Below, in pieces: positions 11,931-26,239 of a stretch of 64,000 bases of DNA (positions are counted from its first letter, which is position 1; each line of letters starts with the position of its first letter). The position numbers and the translations under genes are program-made. Source of the stretch: an uncultured Pseudomonadota bacterium (GTDB lineage: Bacteria; Pseudomonadota; Gammaproteobacteria; Burkholderiales; SG8-39); contig CAVTZJ010000003.1 of NCBI GenBank assembly GCA_963739205.1, forward strand, positions 385,507 through 449,506. Direction: 5' to 3'. The notes under the pieces were generated by a model. It did not search any database and was not told the DNA's origin. It was given only the letters and a program-made list of their open reading frames with translations.

Positions 11931-13163
11931 CTACTTGGCGCCGCCCATGCCCTTCAGGAATTCATCGTAGGTCATGGTCTTGCCGCTCTTCACCACGGCG
12001 ATCGGTGCGATCTTGCCGTTCTTCATGGAAAAGATCGTGATCTCGGCGTCCTTGCGGTCGCCCTTGGCGTCGAACTCGATGCGGCCCGTCGCACCCATGT
12101 AGCTGATCTTGTGCAGCGCCGGCAGATACTTCGCCGGTTCGGCGGAGCCGGCCTCGCGCATCGCGTCGATCAACAGGTTCGCCGCGTCGTAGGTGAACGG
12201 CGCATACAGGATCGGATCGGTGTTGAATTTCGCCTTGTACGCGTCGAGGAAGGACTTCGACGCCGCCTGCGGCGGGATGCCCGCCTGCGAGCACAGCATG
12301 CCCTCCGCGGCCTGTCCCGCGAGCTCGGCCATCTTGTCGGTGCACGCGCCGTCGCCGAAGGCGTACACCGCGTCGAGCCCGAGCTCCTTGCCTTGCTTGA
12401 TCAGCGGGCCGCCCGTTGCGTCCATCCCTCCATAGAACACCGCGTCGGGCTTCTCGCCTTTGATCTTGGTGAGCACCGCCTTCCAGTCCGTGGTCTTGTC
12501 GGTGCCCTTCTCCCGTGCAAGCACCTTGATGCCGGCGGCCTTGAGCGTCTTGGCGACTTCGTCGGCGAGGCCCTGGCCGTAGGCCGTCGCATCGTCGATG
12601 ACGGCGACGACCTTCGGCTTGTCCGTGGCGGCGAGATAGCTGGCGATTGCAGGACCCTGCTGATCGTCGCGCCCGACCACGCGGAACACGTTGTCGAAGC
12701 CCTGCTCGGTGAGCATCGGGTTGGTCGCCGAGCCGGTGATCATCGGAATGCCCGCCTGGTGGTAGATCGCCGAGGCGGGAATCGTCGTGCCCGAGTTCAG
12801 GTGCCCGTCTACGCCCGCGACCTTCGCGTCGACGAGCTTCTGCGCCACGGTCGTGGCGACCTTCGGGTCTGCCTGGTCGTCCTCGGCGAGCAGCTCGAAG
12901 TGCGCAAGCTTGTCGCCGATCATGATCTTCGCCGCGTTCGCCTGATCGATCGCGAGGCGTGCGCCGTTCTCGTTATCCTTGCCGAGGTGCGCGATGCCGC
13001 CGGTGAGCGGCGCGACGTGCCCGATCTTGATCTCGATCGTGGGCACCGCGGGCGCTTGCGCCTGTGTCTTCGCCGGTTCCGGCTTCTTCTCCTCACCGCA
13101 GCCCGCAAGGGACAGCGCGCCGGCCGCTACCAGCAACGAAAGACCGAACTTGGGCTGCCGCAT
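11931..13163 (-). CDS. livK: branched-chain amino acid ABC transporter substrate-binding lipoprotein (LivK/LivJ family)
   Basis: ORF 11931..13202 trimmed to MRQPKFGLSLLVAAGALSLAGC (lipobox). Type-I periplasmic binding fold length. Heads the liv operon. Confidence 0.85.
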   Translation of the reverse strand: MRQPKFGLSLLVAAGALSLAGCGEEKKPEPAKTQAQAPAVPTIEIKIGHVAPLTGGIAHLGKDNENGARLAIDQANAAKIMIGDKLAHFELLAEDDQADPKVATTVAQKLVDAKVAGVDGHLNSGTTIPASAIYHQAGIPMITGSATNPMLTEQGFDNVFRVVGRDDQQGPAIASYLAATDKPKVVAVIDDATAYGQGLADEVAKTLKAAGIKVLAREKGTDKTTDWKAVLTKIKGEKPDAVFYGGMDATGGPLIKQGKELGLDAVYAFGDGACTDKMAELAGQAAEGMLCSQAGIPPQAASKSFLDAYKAKFNTDPILYAPFTYDAANLLIDAMREAGSAEPAKYLPALHKISYMGATGRIEFDAKGDRKDAEITIFSMKNGKIAPIAVVKSGKTMTYDEFLKGMGGAK

Positions 13164-13213
13164 GGAACCTCCGCAAGATTGGGAATCTACGAGGGAAAGC
13201 ATGATAGCACCGG

Positions 13214-13249
13214 CAAAAATGAAGAAGGCCGGGCAAGCCCGGCCTTCTT
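13214..13249 (-). terminator. rho-independent terminator downstream of the cytochrome c gene
   Basis: 12-bp perfect stem AAGAAGGCCGGG-caag-CCCGGCCTTCTT, followed on the minus strand by a T5 run. Confidence 0.7.
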
Positions 13250-13268
13250 GGCAATCCGCTTCGTTCGG

Positions 13269-13580
13269 CTACTTGAGCGACAAGACCCACTCCACCAGCT
13301 TCTTGATGTCCGCGTCGGGCACGGCGGAATTCGGCGGCATGGGGATGTTGCCCCAGACGCCGGAGCCGCCTTTCTTGACCTTCTCGATCAGCTTGGCTTC
13401 GGCATCTTTCTGCCCGGCGTACTTCTTGGCGACGTCCTTGTACGCGGGCCCGACGACTTTATGGTCCACCGCGTGGCAGGCCAGACAGTTGTACTTCCTG
13501 GCCATCGCCTCATCCGCCTTGGCCGGCAGAGCGGCTGCCAGGCCGACGAGCAGTAAGGGAACTGCGATGCGCTTCATCAA
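13269..13580 (-). CDS. monohaem class-I cytochrome c (c551/c552-like)
   Basis: 103 aa with a signal peptide, a single CLACH haem motif and a distal Met region (GNIPMPPN). Confidence 0.85.
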   Translation of the reverse strand: MMKRIAVPLLLVGLAAALPAKADEAMARKYNCLACHAVDHKVVGPAYKDVAKKYAGQKDAEAKLIEKVKKGGSGVWGNIPMPPNSAVPDADIKKLVEWVLSLK

Positions 13581-13610
13581 CGACTCCTCTTGAACGAATG
13601 TGAATTAATC

Positions 13611-15632
<2,022 letters not shown>

Positions 15633-15672
15633 GGCATATGCTCCGGGCGGCGAATTATTGCAGCATTCGACG

Positions 15673-16257
15673 ATGCCACCCACAAAAGACCCTCGCGCCG
15701 TACAGGTCTTGAGCTTCTGGTTCGGCGCCGAGAACGACTACGGCAGTCGGCGCAAGGAATGGTTCCGCAAGGACGCCGCATTCGACGCCGAAATCGAGGC
15801 GCGCTTTCGCGCGCTGCACGAGGAGGCGGCGCGTGGCGATCTGGAGCCCTGGAAGCGCGGCGTCGGCGATTGCCTCGCGCTCATCGTGTTGCTCGACCAG
15901 TTTCCGCGCAACATGTTCCGCGGCAGCGCACGCGCCTTCTCGAGTGATGGTCGCGCGCTCGACGCGGCGCGCCACGCGCTCGCAATGCGCTACGACCTAG
16001 AAATGCTGCCTGTCGAGCGGATGTTCACCTACCTGCCGTTCGAGCACAGCGAGGCGCTGGAGGACCAGTTGCTGTGCCTGGGCCTGATGCGGCCGCTCGA
16101 GGAATTCGAGGAAACGAAGGACGTGTACCCGTACGCAGTGCGGCACCACGAGATCATCGCGCGCTTCGGTCGCTTTCCCCACCGCAACGAAGCGCTCGGT
16201 CGGCCGAGCACGCCCGAAGAGCTGGAGTTCCTGAAGCAGCCCGGCTCGGGGTTCTAG
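15673..16257 (+). CDS. DUF924 family protein
   Basis: ORF 15625..16257 trimmed to MPPTKD. The [11 protein letters not shown] and RFGRFPHRN motifs are characteristic of DUF924. Confidence 0.75.
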   Translation: MPPTKDPRAVQVLSFWFGAENDYGSRRKEWFRKDAAFDAEIEARFRALHEEAARGDLEPWKRGVGDCLALIVLLDQFPRNMFRGSARAFSSDGRALDAARHALAMRYDLEMLPVERMFTYLPFEHSEALEDQLLCLGLMRPLEEFEETKDVYPYAVRHHEIIARFGRFPHRNEALGRPSTPEELEFLKQPGSGF

Positions 16258-17394
16258 CTAACGCCCTATCGCCGCGAGCAGCTTCGCGCGGCGCTTCAGC
16301 CACCAGCCGTACTGTTCCGGCCAGCCGCCGAAATCGGCGTCGACGCCGAGCGCGCGCGCCGCGTGATGCGCCCAGAACGGATCGACCAGCGCCTCGCGCG
16401 CCACCGCGACCAGGTCCGCCGCGCCGGATTGCAGGATCGCCTCGGCCTGCGGCCCGTCGAGGATCAGCCCGACCGCCTGCGTGGCGATGCCTGCCGCGCG
16501 GCGCACCGCGGCCGCATACGGCACCTGAAAGCCGAGCTCGCGCGGCACCATGGCCGAAGTCACCGGGCCCGAGATGCCGCCCGAGGAACAGTCGATCAAG
16601 TCGACGCCATGCGCCTTCAGCGCGCGCGCGAGCTCGATCGAGTCCTCGATCTTCCAGCCGGAGCCGCCGACGCCGTCGACCGAGGAGATGCGAAAGAAAA
16701 GGGGCTTATCCGCCGGCCAGGTCGCGCGCACCGCGTCGACCACCTCGAGCGCGAGGCGCATGCGCCCGTCGAGCTCGCCGCCGTAGCCGTCGCTGCGGGT
16801 GTTGGACAGCGGCGAAAGGAAGCTGTGGATGAGGTAACCGTGCGCGCCGTGCAGCTCGACGATTTCGAAGCCCGCTGCGTGCGCGCGCCGCGCCGCGGCG
16901 GCGAAGGCGCCGACCACCTCGTCGATGTCCGCGCGCGTCATGGCGTGCGGTGCGAGCGAGCCTGCCGCCGCGGGCTCCGCAGTCGGGCCGACGATCGGCC
17001 AGGGCCGGTCGCCGCGCGCCGCGTCCCCGGGTCCGAGCGGGCCGTTGCCGTACCACGGGCGCTGCATGCTCGCCTTTCGTCCCGCGTGCGCGAGCTGGAT
17101 CGCGGGCAGCGCGCCGTGCGCCTTGAGAAACTGCGCGATGCGCTCGAGCGCGTGCGCGTGCGCATCGGACCAGATGCCGAGGCAGCCGTGCGTGATGCGG
17201 CCGCGCGCCTCGACTGCGGTCGCCTCGACGAACACGATGCCGGCGCCGCCCAGGGCGAACTTGCCCAGGTGCACCAGGTGCCAGTCCTGCGCCATGCCGT
17301 CCGCCGCCGAATAGGTGCACATCGGTGAGATGACGACCCGGTTGCGCGCGGTGACGCTGCGCAGCGTGATCGGTGCGAAGAGGAGCGGATTCAT
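16258..17394 (-). CDS. NADH:flavin oxidoreductase, Old Yellow Enzyme family
   Basis: 378 aa, MNPLLFAPITLRSVTARNRVVISPMCTYSA...HGAHGYLIHSFLSP. OYE (YqjM/NamA-like) motifs. Confidence 0.85.
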   Translation of the reverse strand: MNPLLFAPITLRSVTARNRVVISPMCTYSAADGMAQDWHLVHLGKFALGGAGIVFVEATAVEARGRITHGCLGIWSDAHAHALERIAQFLKAHGALPAIQLAHAGRKASMQRPWYGNGPLGPGDAARGDRPWPIVGPTAEPAAAGSLAPHAMTRADIDEVVGAFAAAARRAHAAGFEIVELHGAHGYLIHSFLSPLSNTRSDGYGGELDGRMRLALEVVDAVRATWPADKPLFFRISSVDGVGGSGWKIEDSIELARALKAHGVDLIDCSSGGISGPVTSAMVPRELGFQVPYAAAVRRAAGIATQAVGLILDGPQAEAILQSGAADLVAVAREALVDPFWAHHAARALGVDADFGGWPEQYGWWLKRRAKLLAAIGR

Positions 17395-17441
17395 GCCGGA
17401 ATTCTGGCATGCGCGCCGCGGTTGCTACAATTTCGCGCTTC

Positions 17442-18920
<1,479 letters not shown>

Positions 18921-18929
<9 letters not shown>

Positions 18930-20606
18930 GGAATCGTCGGTGATCGCGCCCCTCGAGGCGGGCGACACCAGCTTCATGTACTTCGCAAGCACGCCGCGCG
19001 TGTAGCGCGGCTTGGGCGCCTTCCATTTTTTTCTTCGCGCGGTGAGTTCCTTCGCCGGCACGTTCAGCTGGATGAGGCGCTTCGCGGCATCGATGGTGAT
19101 CGAATCGCCGCTCTTCACCAGCGCGATCGTGCCACCGACGTAGGCCTCCGGCGCCACGTGGCCGACGACCATCCCCCAGGTGCCGCCGGAGAACCGCCCG
19201 TCGGTGAGCAAGCCGACCGACTCGCCCAGCCCCTGGCCGATGAGCGCCGAAGTGGGCGCCAACATCTCCTGCATGCCAGGGCCGCCCTTCGGGCCCTCGT
19301 AGCGGATCACGATCACGTCGCCGGGCTTGATTCTCTTCGCCATGATCGCCTTCATCGCGGCGGGCTCGGAGTCGAACACGCGCGCCGGGCCGGTGATCGA
19401 GGTCTTCTTCAGGCCGGTGATCTTCGCCACGCAACCCTCGGTAGCAAGGTTGCCCTTGAGGATCGCGAGGTGGCCCTGGCGGTACATCGGGTTCGACCAC
19501 GGCCGGATGACTTCCTGATCGGCGCGCGGCTCGGCGGGCACGTCTTTCAGCATCTCCGCCATGGTCTTGCCGTGGATCGTCATGCACTCGCCGTGCAGCA
19601 GGCCATGCTCGAGCAGGATCTTGAGCACCTGCGGCACGCCGCCCGCGGCGTGGAAGTCGGTTGCGACGAAGCGCCCGGACGGCTTGAGCTCGCACAGCAC
19701 CGGCACTTTGCGCCGCACGCGCTCGAAGTCGTCGATCGTCCAGCGCACGCCCGCGGCGGCCGCGATCGCCAGGTAGTGCAGCACCGCGTTGGTCGAGCCG
19801 CCGGTTGCCATCACGAGCGCGATCGCGTTCTCGATCGACTTCCGGGTGATGATGTCGCGCGGGCGCAGGTTCGCGTGCACCGCGCGCGCCAGCACGCGCG
19901 CCGACTCGGCGGCCGAATCGGCCTTTTCCGCGTCCGGCGAAGCCATCTGCGAGGAGCCGAGCAGGCTCATGCCGAGCGCCTCGAAAGACGAGCTCATGGT
20001 ATTTGCCGTGTACTGGCCGCCGCAGGCGCCCACGCTCGGACAGGCGTTGCGCTCGATGCCGTCGAAGTCCTCCTGCGACATCTTGCCCGCGGTGAACGCG
20101 CCCACTGCCTCGAACGGGCTGACAATGGTGAGCTTTTGCCCCTTCCAGAATCCCGGCTTGATGGTGCCCGCGTAGACGAAGATGCCGGGAACGTTGATGC
20201 GCGCCATCGCCATCATGCTGCCCGGCATGTTCTTGTCGCAGCCGCCGACGCACACCACGCCGTCCATGAGCTGGCCATTCACCGCGACCTCGATCGAGTC
20301 GGCGATCACCTCGCGCGATACGAGCGAAAACTTCATCCCCTCGGTGCCCATGCCGATGCCGTCGGTCACCGTCGGGAAGCCGAACACCTGCGGCTTGGCG
20401 CCCGCCTGCTCGAGTGCCGCGATTGCGCGATCGACCAACGGCTGGATGCCTGCGTTGCAGGGATTCATGGTCGAGTGGCCATTTGCGACGCCGACGATCG
20501 GCTTGTCGAAATCGCCGTCCTTGAAGCCGACGGCGCGCAGCATTGCCCGGTTCGGCGAGCGCGCGACGCCCTGCGTGATTAGCCGGCTCCTGCGGTTGTC
20601 AGACAT
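18921..20606 (-). CDS. ilvD: dihydroxy-acid dehydratase
   Basis: 561 aa, [28 protein letters not shown]...GGCDKNMPG. Full-length IlvD. Confidence 0.92.
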
Positions 20607-20640
20607 GACTTTCCTCCCAACGATAGAATTCGATTCTACC

Positions 20641-21417
20641 GTGCTGGTTCATCCCGACATCGATCCGGTCGCCTTCAGGCTCGGCCCGCTGGCCGTGCGT
20701 TGGTACGGCCTCATGTATCTCGCCGGCTTCGCCGCCGGCTGGTGGCTCGGGGTGCGGCGCATCAAGGGCGGATCCGCGCCAGTCACGCGCGCCCAGTTCG
20801 ACGACGTGCTGTTCTACGCGGTGCTCGGTGTGATCCTCGGCGGGCGGCTGGGCTACGTGCTGTTCTACAAGCCGGGGTATTACTTTTCCCACCCGCTGGA
20901 GATCTTTGCCGTATGGCACGGCGGCATGTCGTTCCACGGCGGCTTCCTCGGCGTGCTCTTCGCGATGGCGTTCGCGGCGCGCAAGTACGGCATCAACTGG
21001 TGGTCGCTCATGGACTTCGTCGCGCCGCTGGTGCCGATCGGCCTCGCCGCGGGGCGGCTCGGCAACTTCATCAATGGCGAGCTGTGGGGGCGGGTCACCA
21101 CGCTGCCCTGGGGCATGGTATTTCCCGGCGCGGGCCCCCTGCCGCGGCACCCTTCCGAGCTGTACGAGTTCGCGCTCGAGGGCGTCACCCTGTTCGCGAT
21201 CCTGTGGTGGTTCTCGTCCAAGCCGCGCCCGCGCGGCCAGGTGTCGGCGTTGTTCCTCATCGGCTACGGCACGTTCCGCTTCCTCGCCGAGTTCGCGCGC
21301 GAGCCGGACGACTTTCTCGGCTACCTTGCGCTACACCTCAGCATGGGCCAGTGGCTCAGCCTGCCGATGATCGTCGCGGGCCTCGGGCTGTTCGCCTGGA
21401 CCCGGCGCCGAGGCTAG
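20641..21417 (+). CDS. lgt: prolipoprotein diacylglyceryl transferase
   Basis: ORF 20182..21417 trimmed to the in-frame GTG at 20641 ([27 protein letters not shown]). [14 protein letters not shown] motif. Confidence 0.85.
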   Translation: MLVHPDIDPVAFRLGPLAVRWYGLMYLAGFAAGWWLGVRRIKGGSAPVTRAQFDDVLFYAVLGVILGGRLGYVLFYKPGYYFSHPLEIFAVWHGGMSFHGGFLGVLFAMAFAARKYGINWWSLMDFVAPLVPIGLAAGRLGNFINGELWGRVTTLPWGMVFPGAGPLPRHPSELYEFALEGVTLFAILWWFSSKPRPRGQVSALFLIGYGTFRFLAEFAREPDDFLGYLALHLSMGQWLSLPMIVAGLGLFAWTRRRG

Positions 21418-24245
21418 GCGAGGGCCGCCGCGAGCACGCGCGCGGCGTGCACCGCGCGGCGCCCGGCACCGTCGGCGATCTGGTGCCGGCAGCTCGTCCC
21501 GTCGGCCACCAGCAGGGCGTCCGCGGGCGCCGCGCGCACGGCCGGCAGCAGCCCGGCTTCGCCCATCTTCAGCGACATCTCGTAGTGCTCGGCCTCGTAG
21601 CCGAAAGCGCCTGCCATGCCACAGCAGCTCGACTCGATGGTCGTCACCTTGAGATCGGGCACCAGCGCAAGCGTGCGTAAGGCGGCAGGCATCGCCCCGA
21701 ACGCCTTCTGGTGGCAGTGGCCGTGCAGCAGCGCCGTGCGCGGCACCGAGCGCATCTTCAAGGACAGTTTTCCGGCGTCCGCCTCGCGCGCGATGAACTC
21801 CTCGAATAGCATCGCCTGCGAGGCAAGCTGGCTCGTCTCGTGGCCGGGGATCATCGCCTTGAACTCGTCGCGCAATGTAAACAGGCAAGACGGCTCCAGG
21901 CCGACGATCGGCACGCGGCGCTCGACCCAGGGCGCCAGCGCGTCGAGCATGCGGCGCGCTTCCTCGCGCGCCTCGCCGACCAGCCCCGCAGAGAGAAACG
22001 TCCGGCCGCAGCACAGCGGCCGCTCGCCCGCGGGGGGCTGCGCGACGTGCACGCGGTAGCCCGCCGCATCCAGCACGCGCAGCGCGGCGCGGGCGTTCTC
22101 GGGCTCGAACCAGCGGCTGAACGTGTCGACGAACAGCACCACCTCCCGCCGTCCCGAGACCGTGCGCACGCGGTCGACGAACGAGTCGCGGCGCCATTTC
22201 GGCAGAGAACGCTTCGCCGAGATGCCCGCGATGCGCTCGCGCCCGGGGAGCGACTGCAGCAGATTGACAAGCGGCGCCAGGCGCGCGGCGAGGGGCGCGT
22301 AGCGCGGCAAGTAGGCAAGCATGCGCTCGCGCAGCGCGAGGCCGTGACGCTTGCGGTACTGCGCAAGGTATTCGATTTTCATGCGCGCCATGTCGACGCC
22401 GGTCGGGCACTCGCGCTTGCAGCCCTTGCACGACACGCACAGCTCGAGCGCCTCGCCGACGTCGTCGAAGTCGAGCTGCCCCGCGAGCGCGAGGCGCAGC
22501 GTGTTCGCGCGCCCCCGGGTGAGATGCGCCTCGTCGCGCGTGACGCGGTACGAAGGGCACATGGTGCCCGCGTCGAACTTGCGGCAGTGGCCGTTGTTGT
22601 TGCACATCTCGACGGCCTTGTCCCAGCCGCCCCATTCGTTCCAGTCGAGCTCCGTGTAAGGAACCTTGGCGGCGTAGCCGGGCGGAAAGCGGAACAGGCG
22701 CTTGTCGTCCATGCGCGGCGGCTGGACGATCTTGCCCGGATTCATGAGCCCCTTTGGATCGAGCCACGACTTGATCTCGGCAAGGCAGGCGGTGAGCCGG
22801 GGGCCGAGGAACGGCGCGATCCATTCCGAGCGCACCAGCCCGTCACCGTGCTCGCCCGAGTACGCGCCTTTGTACTGCCTGACCAGCGCGCTGGCTTCTT
22901 CGGCGATGGCGCGCATCTTCTGCGCGCCATCGCGCCGCATGTCGAGCACCGGGCGCACGTGCAGGCAGCCGACCGAAGCATGCGCGTACCAGGTGCCGCG
23001 CGTGCCGTGCTTCGCGAACACCTGCGTCAGCCGGTCGGTGTACTCGGCGAGGTGCTCGAGCGGCACCGCGCAGTCCTCGATGAACGACACCGGCTTGCCG
23101 TCGCCCTTCATCGACATCATGATGTTCAGGCCCGCCTTCCTCACCTCCCAGATATCCTTCTGCGCCTGAGCGTCGGTAACTTCGACCACGCTGCCGGCCA
23201 GACCCAGGTCGGACATGAGCGCGATGAGCTCGCCGAGCTTCGCGCGCTGCGCGGCCTGCTCCTCGCCCGAGAACTCGACCAGCAGGATGGCATCGGGGCC
23301 GCCGCGAATGTACGTGTCGACCGTGGTCTTGAAGGCGCTGATGTCGCGCGCCAGCTCGATCATGGTGCGATCGACGAGCTCGACGGCGGAGGGCGCGAGC
23401 TTGACGATATGCTGGGCGCAGTCCATCGCGACGTAGAACTTCGGGAAGTGCACGACGCCCAGGGCGCGTGCGCGCGGCAGTGGGCTGAGCTTGAGCAGCA
23501 GGCGCTCGAAGAATGCGAGCGTGCCCTCGGATCCGACCAGCAGGTGCGCCGCGTTCGCGTGCGGCGGACCGAGATGGTCTAGGTTGTAGCCGGCGACCCT
23601 GCGCAACACCTTCGGCAGGCGCGCGGCGATTTCGTCCTTTTCACGCTCGTAGAGGGCGCGCAGCTTGCCGACGAAGTCGCGGTAGCCGGCCGGACCGGAG
23701 GCCTCCGCGAGCGGCGCAAAGCGCCAGCGCTGTCCGTCGGCGAGCAGCGCGTCGATTGCGAGCACGTTGTGCACCATATTGCCATAGGCAATCGAGCGCG
23801 AGCCGCAGGAATTGTTGCCCGCCATGCCGCCGAGCGTGGCCTGCGCGCTGGTCGAGACGTCGACCGGGAACCACAGCCCGTGCTTGCGCAACTGCGCATT
23901 GAGCTGGTCGAGCACGATGCCGGGCTGCACGAGCGCGCTGCGCCGCTCGACGTCCAGCTCGACGAGGCCGTTCAGGTATTTGGAATGGTCGAGGACCAGC
24001 GCTGCGCCCACCGTTTGCCCGCATTGCGAGCTGCCGGCGCCACGCGGCAGGATCGGTACGCCTTCCGCAGCGGCAATTCCCAGCGCTGCGCGCGCCGCCT
24101 CTTCATCGCGCGGCACGACCACGCCGATCGGCTCGATCTGATAGATCGAGGCGTCGGACGCGTAGCGTGCGCGGCTCGCGCGGTCGAACAGAATCTCGCC
24201 GTCGACCTCTTTCGCCAGGCGCGCGGCAAGCGCTGCGTGGCTCAT
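21414..24245 (-). CDS. FAD-linked oxidase fused to a 4Fe-4S / CCG-domain Fe-S oxidoreductase (GlcD::GlcF-like, YdiJ-type)
   Basis: C-terminal 943 aa of ORF 21414..24953, starting at [13 protein letters not shown]. The ATG overlaps the GntR stop. FAD-binding PCMH region ([13 protein letters not shown]), ferredoxin-type clusters ([10 protein letters not shown]...[14 protein letters not shown]) and CCG motifs ([14 protein letters not shown]). Confidence 0.8.
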   Translation of the reverse strand: MSHAALAARLAKEVDGEILFDRASRARYASDASIYQIEPIGVVVPRDEEAARAALGIAAAEGVPILPRGAGSSQCGQTVGAALVLDHSKYLNGLVELDVERRSALVQPGIVLDQLNAQLRKHGLWFPVDVSTSAQATLGGMAGNNSCGSRSIAYGNMVHNVLAIDALLADGQRWRFAPLAEASGPAGYRDFVGKLRALYEREKDEIAARLPKVLRRVAGYNLDHLGPPHANAAHLLVGSEGTLAFFERLLLKLSPLPRARALGVVHFPKFYVAMDCAQHIVKLAPSAVELVDRTMIELARDISAFKTTVDTYIRGGPDAILLVEFSGEEQAAQRAKLGELIALMSDLGLAGSVVEVTDAQAQKDIWEVRKAGLNIMMSMKGDGKPVSFIEDCAVPLEHLAEYTDRLTQVFAKHGTRGTWYAHASVGCLHVRPVLDMRRDGAQKMRAIAEEASALVRQYKGAYSGEHGDGLVRSEWIAPFLGPRLTACLAEIKSWLDPKGLMNPGKIVQPPRMDDKRLFRFPPGYAAKVPYTELDWNEWGGWDKAVEMCNNNGHCRKFDAGTMCPSYRVTRDEAHLTRGRANTLRLALAGQLDFDDVGEALELCVSCKGCKRECPTGVDMARMKIEYLAQYRKRHGLALRERMLAYLPRYAPLAARLAPLVNLLQSLPGRERIAGISAKRSLPKWRRDSFVDRVRTVSGRREVVLFVDTFSRWFEPENARAALRVLDAAGYRVHVAQPPAGERPLCCGRTFLSAGLVGEAREEARRMLDALAPWVERRVPIVGLEPSCLFTLRDEFKAMIPGHETSQLASQAMLFEEFIAREADAGKLSLKMRSVPRTALLHGHCHQKAFGAMPAALRTLALVPDLKVTTIESSCCGMAGAFGYEAEHYEMSLKMGEAGLLPAVRAAPADALLVADGTSCRHQIADGAGRRAVHAARVLAAALA

Positions 24246-24946
24246 GCCGCCTGTCGTTCCGAGAGCGCGCCGAGCGCCGCCCCGAGCTTGCCGTCCAGGT
24301 GGTCGCGCAGCAGCGCCTTGAGGCGCGGCGCGTCTCGCTGGACGAGCGCGCGCAGAATCTCCTCGTGCTCGCGCACGGCGGCGTCCCAGCGCTCTTTGGA
24401 CAGGTTCGCCATGTAGCGCACGCGGCGCGCATAGTCGTTCAGTTGGCGATAGGTGTTCGTCAGCACCGGGTTGCCGGCCGCCTCGACGATTTTCAGGTGA
24501 ATCGCCTGGTTGCACCTGAAGTAGCCGGCCAGGTCGCCGCGCGCGTGCATCGCAAGCATCTCGTAGTGCAGCGCGCGTACCTCGGCAAGCTGCTCGTCGC
24601 TCGCGTGCACGCACGCGAGCTCGCCGGCCAGGCCCTCCAACGCACCTATCACCTGCAGCGTCTGCGTCACGCGTGCGGCATCGAGCGACGCCACGATCGC
24701 GCCGCGGTTCGGCAGCAGCTCGACCAGCCCCTCGGCCGCCAGCAGCTTGATCGCCTCGCGCAGCGGCGTGCGCGAGATCCCGAGCTGGCCGGTAAGCACC
24801 CGCTCGTTCAGGCGCGTGCCCGGCGCCAGCCGCCCTTGCACGATCAGATCGCGCAGCTGGTCGACCACCTCCTCGTGCAGGGGGCGGCGCGAGATTTTCG
24901 GGGCGGATAGCTCTTCGATCGATCCCACGGCTTGCGCCTGTTCCAT
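24242..24946 (-). CDS. GntR family (FadR/FCD subfamily) transcriptional regulator
   Basis: ORF 24242..24985 trimmed to MEQAQAV. wHTH ERVLTGQLGISRTPLREAIKLLAAEGLVE plus an all-helical FCD-like C-terminus. Confidence 0.85.
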   Translation of the reverse strand: MEQAQAVGSIEELSAPKISRRPLHEEVVDQLRDLIVQGRLAPGTRLNERVLTGQLGISRTPLREAIKLLAAEGLVELLPNRGAIVASLDAARVTQTLQVIGALEGLAGELACVHASDEQLAEVRALHYEMLAMHARGDLAGYFRCNQAIHLKIVEAAGNPVLTNTYRQLNDYARRVRYMANLSKERWDAAVREHEEILRALVQRDAPRLKALLRDHLDGKLGAALGALSERQAA

Positions 24947-24996
24947 ATCGCATGCATAATACAAAAAAGCCCGCGCAAAGCGCAAGTGTAAGCCCT

Positions 24997-25012
24997 CATG
25001 TTGCGCAACATG
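24997..25012. promoter_or_regulatory. perfect 16-bp palindrome CATGTTGCGCAACATG, candidate GntR operator
   Basis: Located in the 96-nt divergent spacer between the GntR gene and the aminotransferase gene, about 30 nt upstream of the latter's ATG. It has the GT-N6-AC core typical of GntR/FadR-type operators. Confidence 0.5.
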
Positions 25013-25042
25013 GGCGATTTTGCATTCAATCTAGGAGGCAAT

Positions 25043-26239
25043 ATGGCAAGGACCGCCGGACGCCATTTCCTGCAGATTCCTGGACCGACCAATGTGCCCG
25101 ACCGCATCCTGCGAGCGATCGATCGCCCGACCATAGACCATCGCGGGCCCGAGTTCGCCGAACTCGGCAAGGCGGTGCTCATCGGCATGAAGCGCATCTT
25201 CAAGAGCACCTCCGGAGAGGTGGTCATCTATCCCGCCTCGGGCACCGGAGCCTGGGAAGCAGCCCTGGTGAACACGCTTTCGCCCGGCGACGTCGTGCTC
25301 ATGGCGGAGACGGGTCAGTTCGCCGTGCTGTGGCGCAAGCTCGCCGAGCGTCTCGGCTTGAAGCCCGAGTTCCTGCCGGGCGATTGGCGCCACGGCGCGG
25401 ATCCTGCTGCGATCGAGCAGCGGCTGCGAAGCGACGCCGAGCAGCGCATCAAGGCAGTATGCGTCGTTCACAACGAAACCTCCACCGGGGTCACCTCGCG
25501 CATTGCGGAAGTGCGGCGCGCCATCGATGCTTCCGCGCACCCCGCGCTTTTCATGGTCGATACGATCTCGTCGCTCGCGTCGATCGACTACCGTCATGAC
25601 GAATGGGGCGTCGACGTCACCATCGCAGGGTCGCAGAAAGGGCTGATGCTGCCGCCGGGGCTGTCGTTCAATTGCGTGTCGGCCAAGGCGCTCACCGCCT
25701 CGCGCGGCGCGTCGCTGCCGCGCAGCTACTGGGCGTGGGACGAAATGCTCGCCAGCGGCAAGAACGGCTACTTCCCGTATACGCCGTCGACCAACCTGCT
25801 CTACGGGCTGCGCGAGGCGATCGCGATGCTCGAGGAGGAGGGTCTCGCGAACGTGTTCGCGCGCCACCAGCGCCACGCCGAGGCGACGCGCCGCGCGGTG
25901 CGTGCCTGGGGCCTCGAAGTGCTGGCGCTGGATCCGTCGGAATATTCCGCGTCGCTCACCGCCGCGCTGATGCCGCCCGGGCATGACGCCGACCGCGTGC
26001 GCAAGATGGTGCTCGAGCACTTCGACATGTCCCTCGGCACGGGTCTCGGCAAGCTCGCCGGCAAGGTGTTCCGCATCGGCCACCTGGGCGATTTCAATGA
26101 CCTCACGCTCGTCGGCACGCTCGCCGGGGTCGAGATGGGTCTCGCGCTCGCCGGCTGCCCGGTGAAAAGGGAGGGCGTCCAGGCGGCGATCCAATACCTC
26201 GAGTCGGCACACCGGGACCGGGTGCGCGCCGCCGCATGA
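25043..26239 (+). CDS. class-V aminotransferase (serine/alanine--glyoxylate aminotransferase family)
   Basis: ORF 24998..26239 trimmed to MARTAGRHFLQIPGPTNVPDRIL after GGAGG. PLP-Lys motif GSQKGL. Confidence 0.85.
   Translation: MARTAGRHFLQIPGPTNVPDRILRAIDRPTIDHRGPEFAELGKAVLIGMKRIFKSTSGEVVIYPASGTGAWEAALVNTLSPGDVVLMAETGQFAVLWRKLAERLGLKPEFLPGDWRHGADPAAIEQRLRSDAEQRIKAVCVVHNETSTGVTSRIAEVRRAIDASAHPALFMVDTISSLASIDYRHDEWGVDVTIAGSQKGLMLPPGLSFNCVSAKALTASRGASLPRSYWAWDEMLASGKNGYFPYTPSTNLLYGLREAIAMLEEEGLANVFARHQRHAEATRRAVRAWGLEVLALDPSEYSASLTAALMPPGHDADRVRKMVLEHFDMSLGTGLGKLAGKVFRIGHLGDFNDLTLVGTLAGVEMGLALAGCPVKREGVQAAIQYLESAHRDRVRAAA

Noticed and set aside
10965-13556. 863-aa ORF on the plus strand, the longest ORF in this part of the track
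   Set aside because: It runs antisense to livH, livK and the cytochrome c gene, all of which have clear family motifs. Its translation is Arg/Ala/Gly/Asp-rich and low-complexity with no recognisable motif, which is the typical high-GC shadow ORF.
20605-20640. ATG at 20605 as the lgt start (MTFLPTIEF...)
   Set aside because: It overlaps the divergent ilvD start codon back-to-back. The in-frame GTG at 20641 gives the canonical Lgt N-terminus ([12 protein letters not shown]).
21414-24953. 1179-aa ORF suggesting a giant protein
   Set aside because: Only the C-terminal 943 aa (from ATG 24245) look like a real protein. The N-terminal 236 aa are an out-of-frame read across the GntR gene, are Arg/Ala/Gly-rich, and have no motifs.
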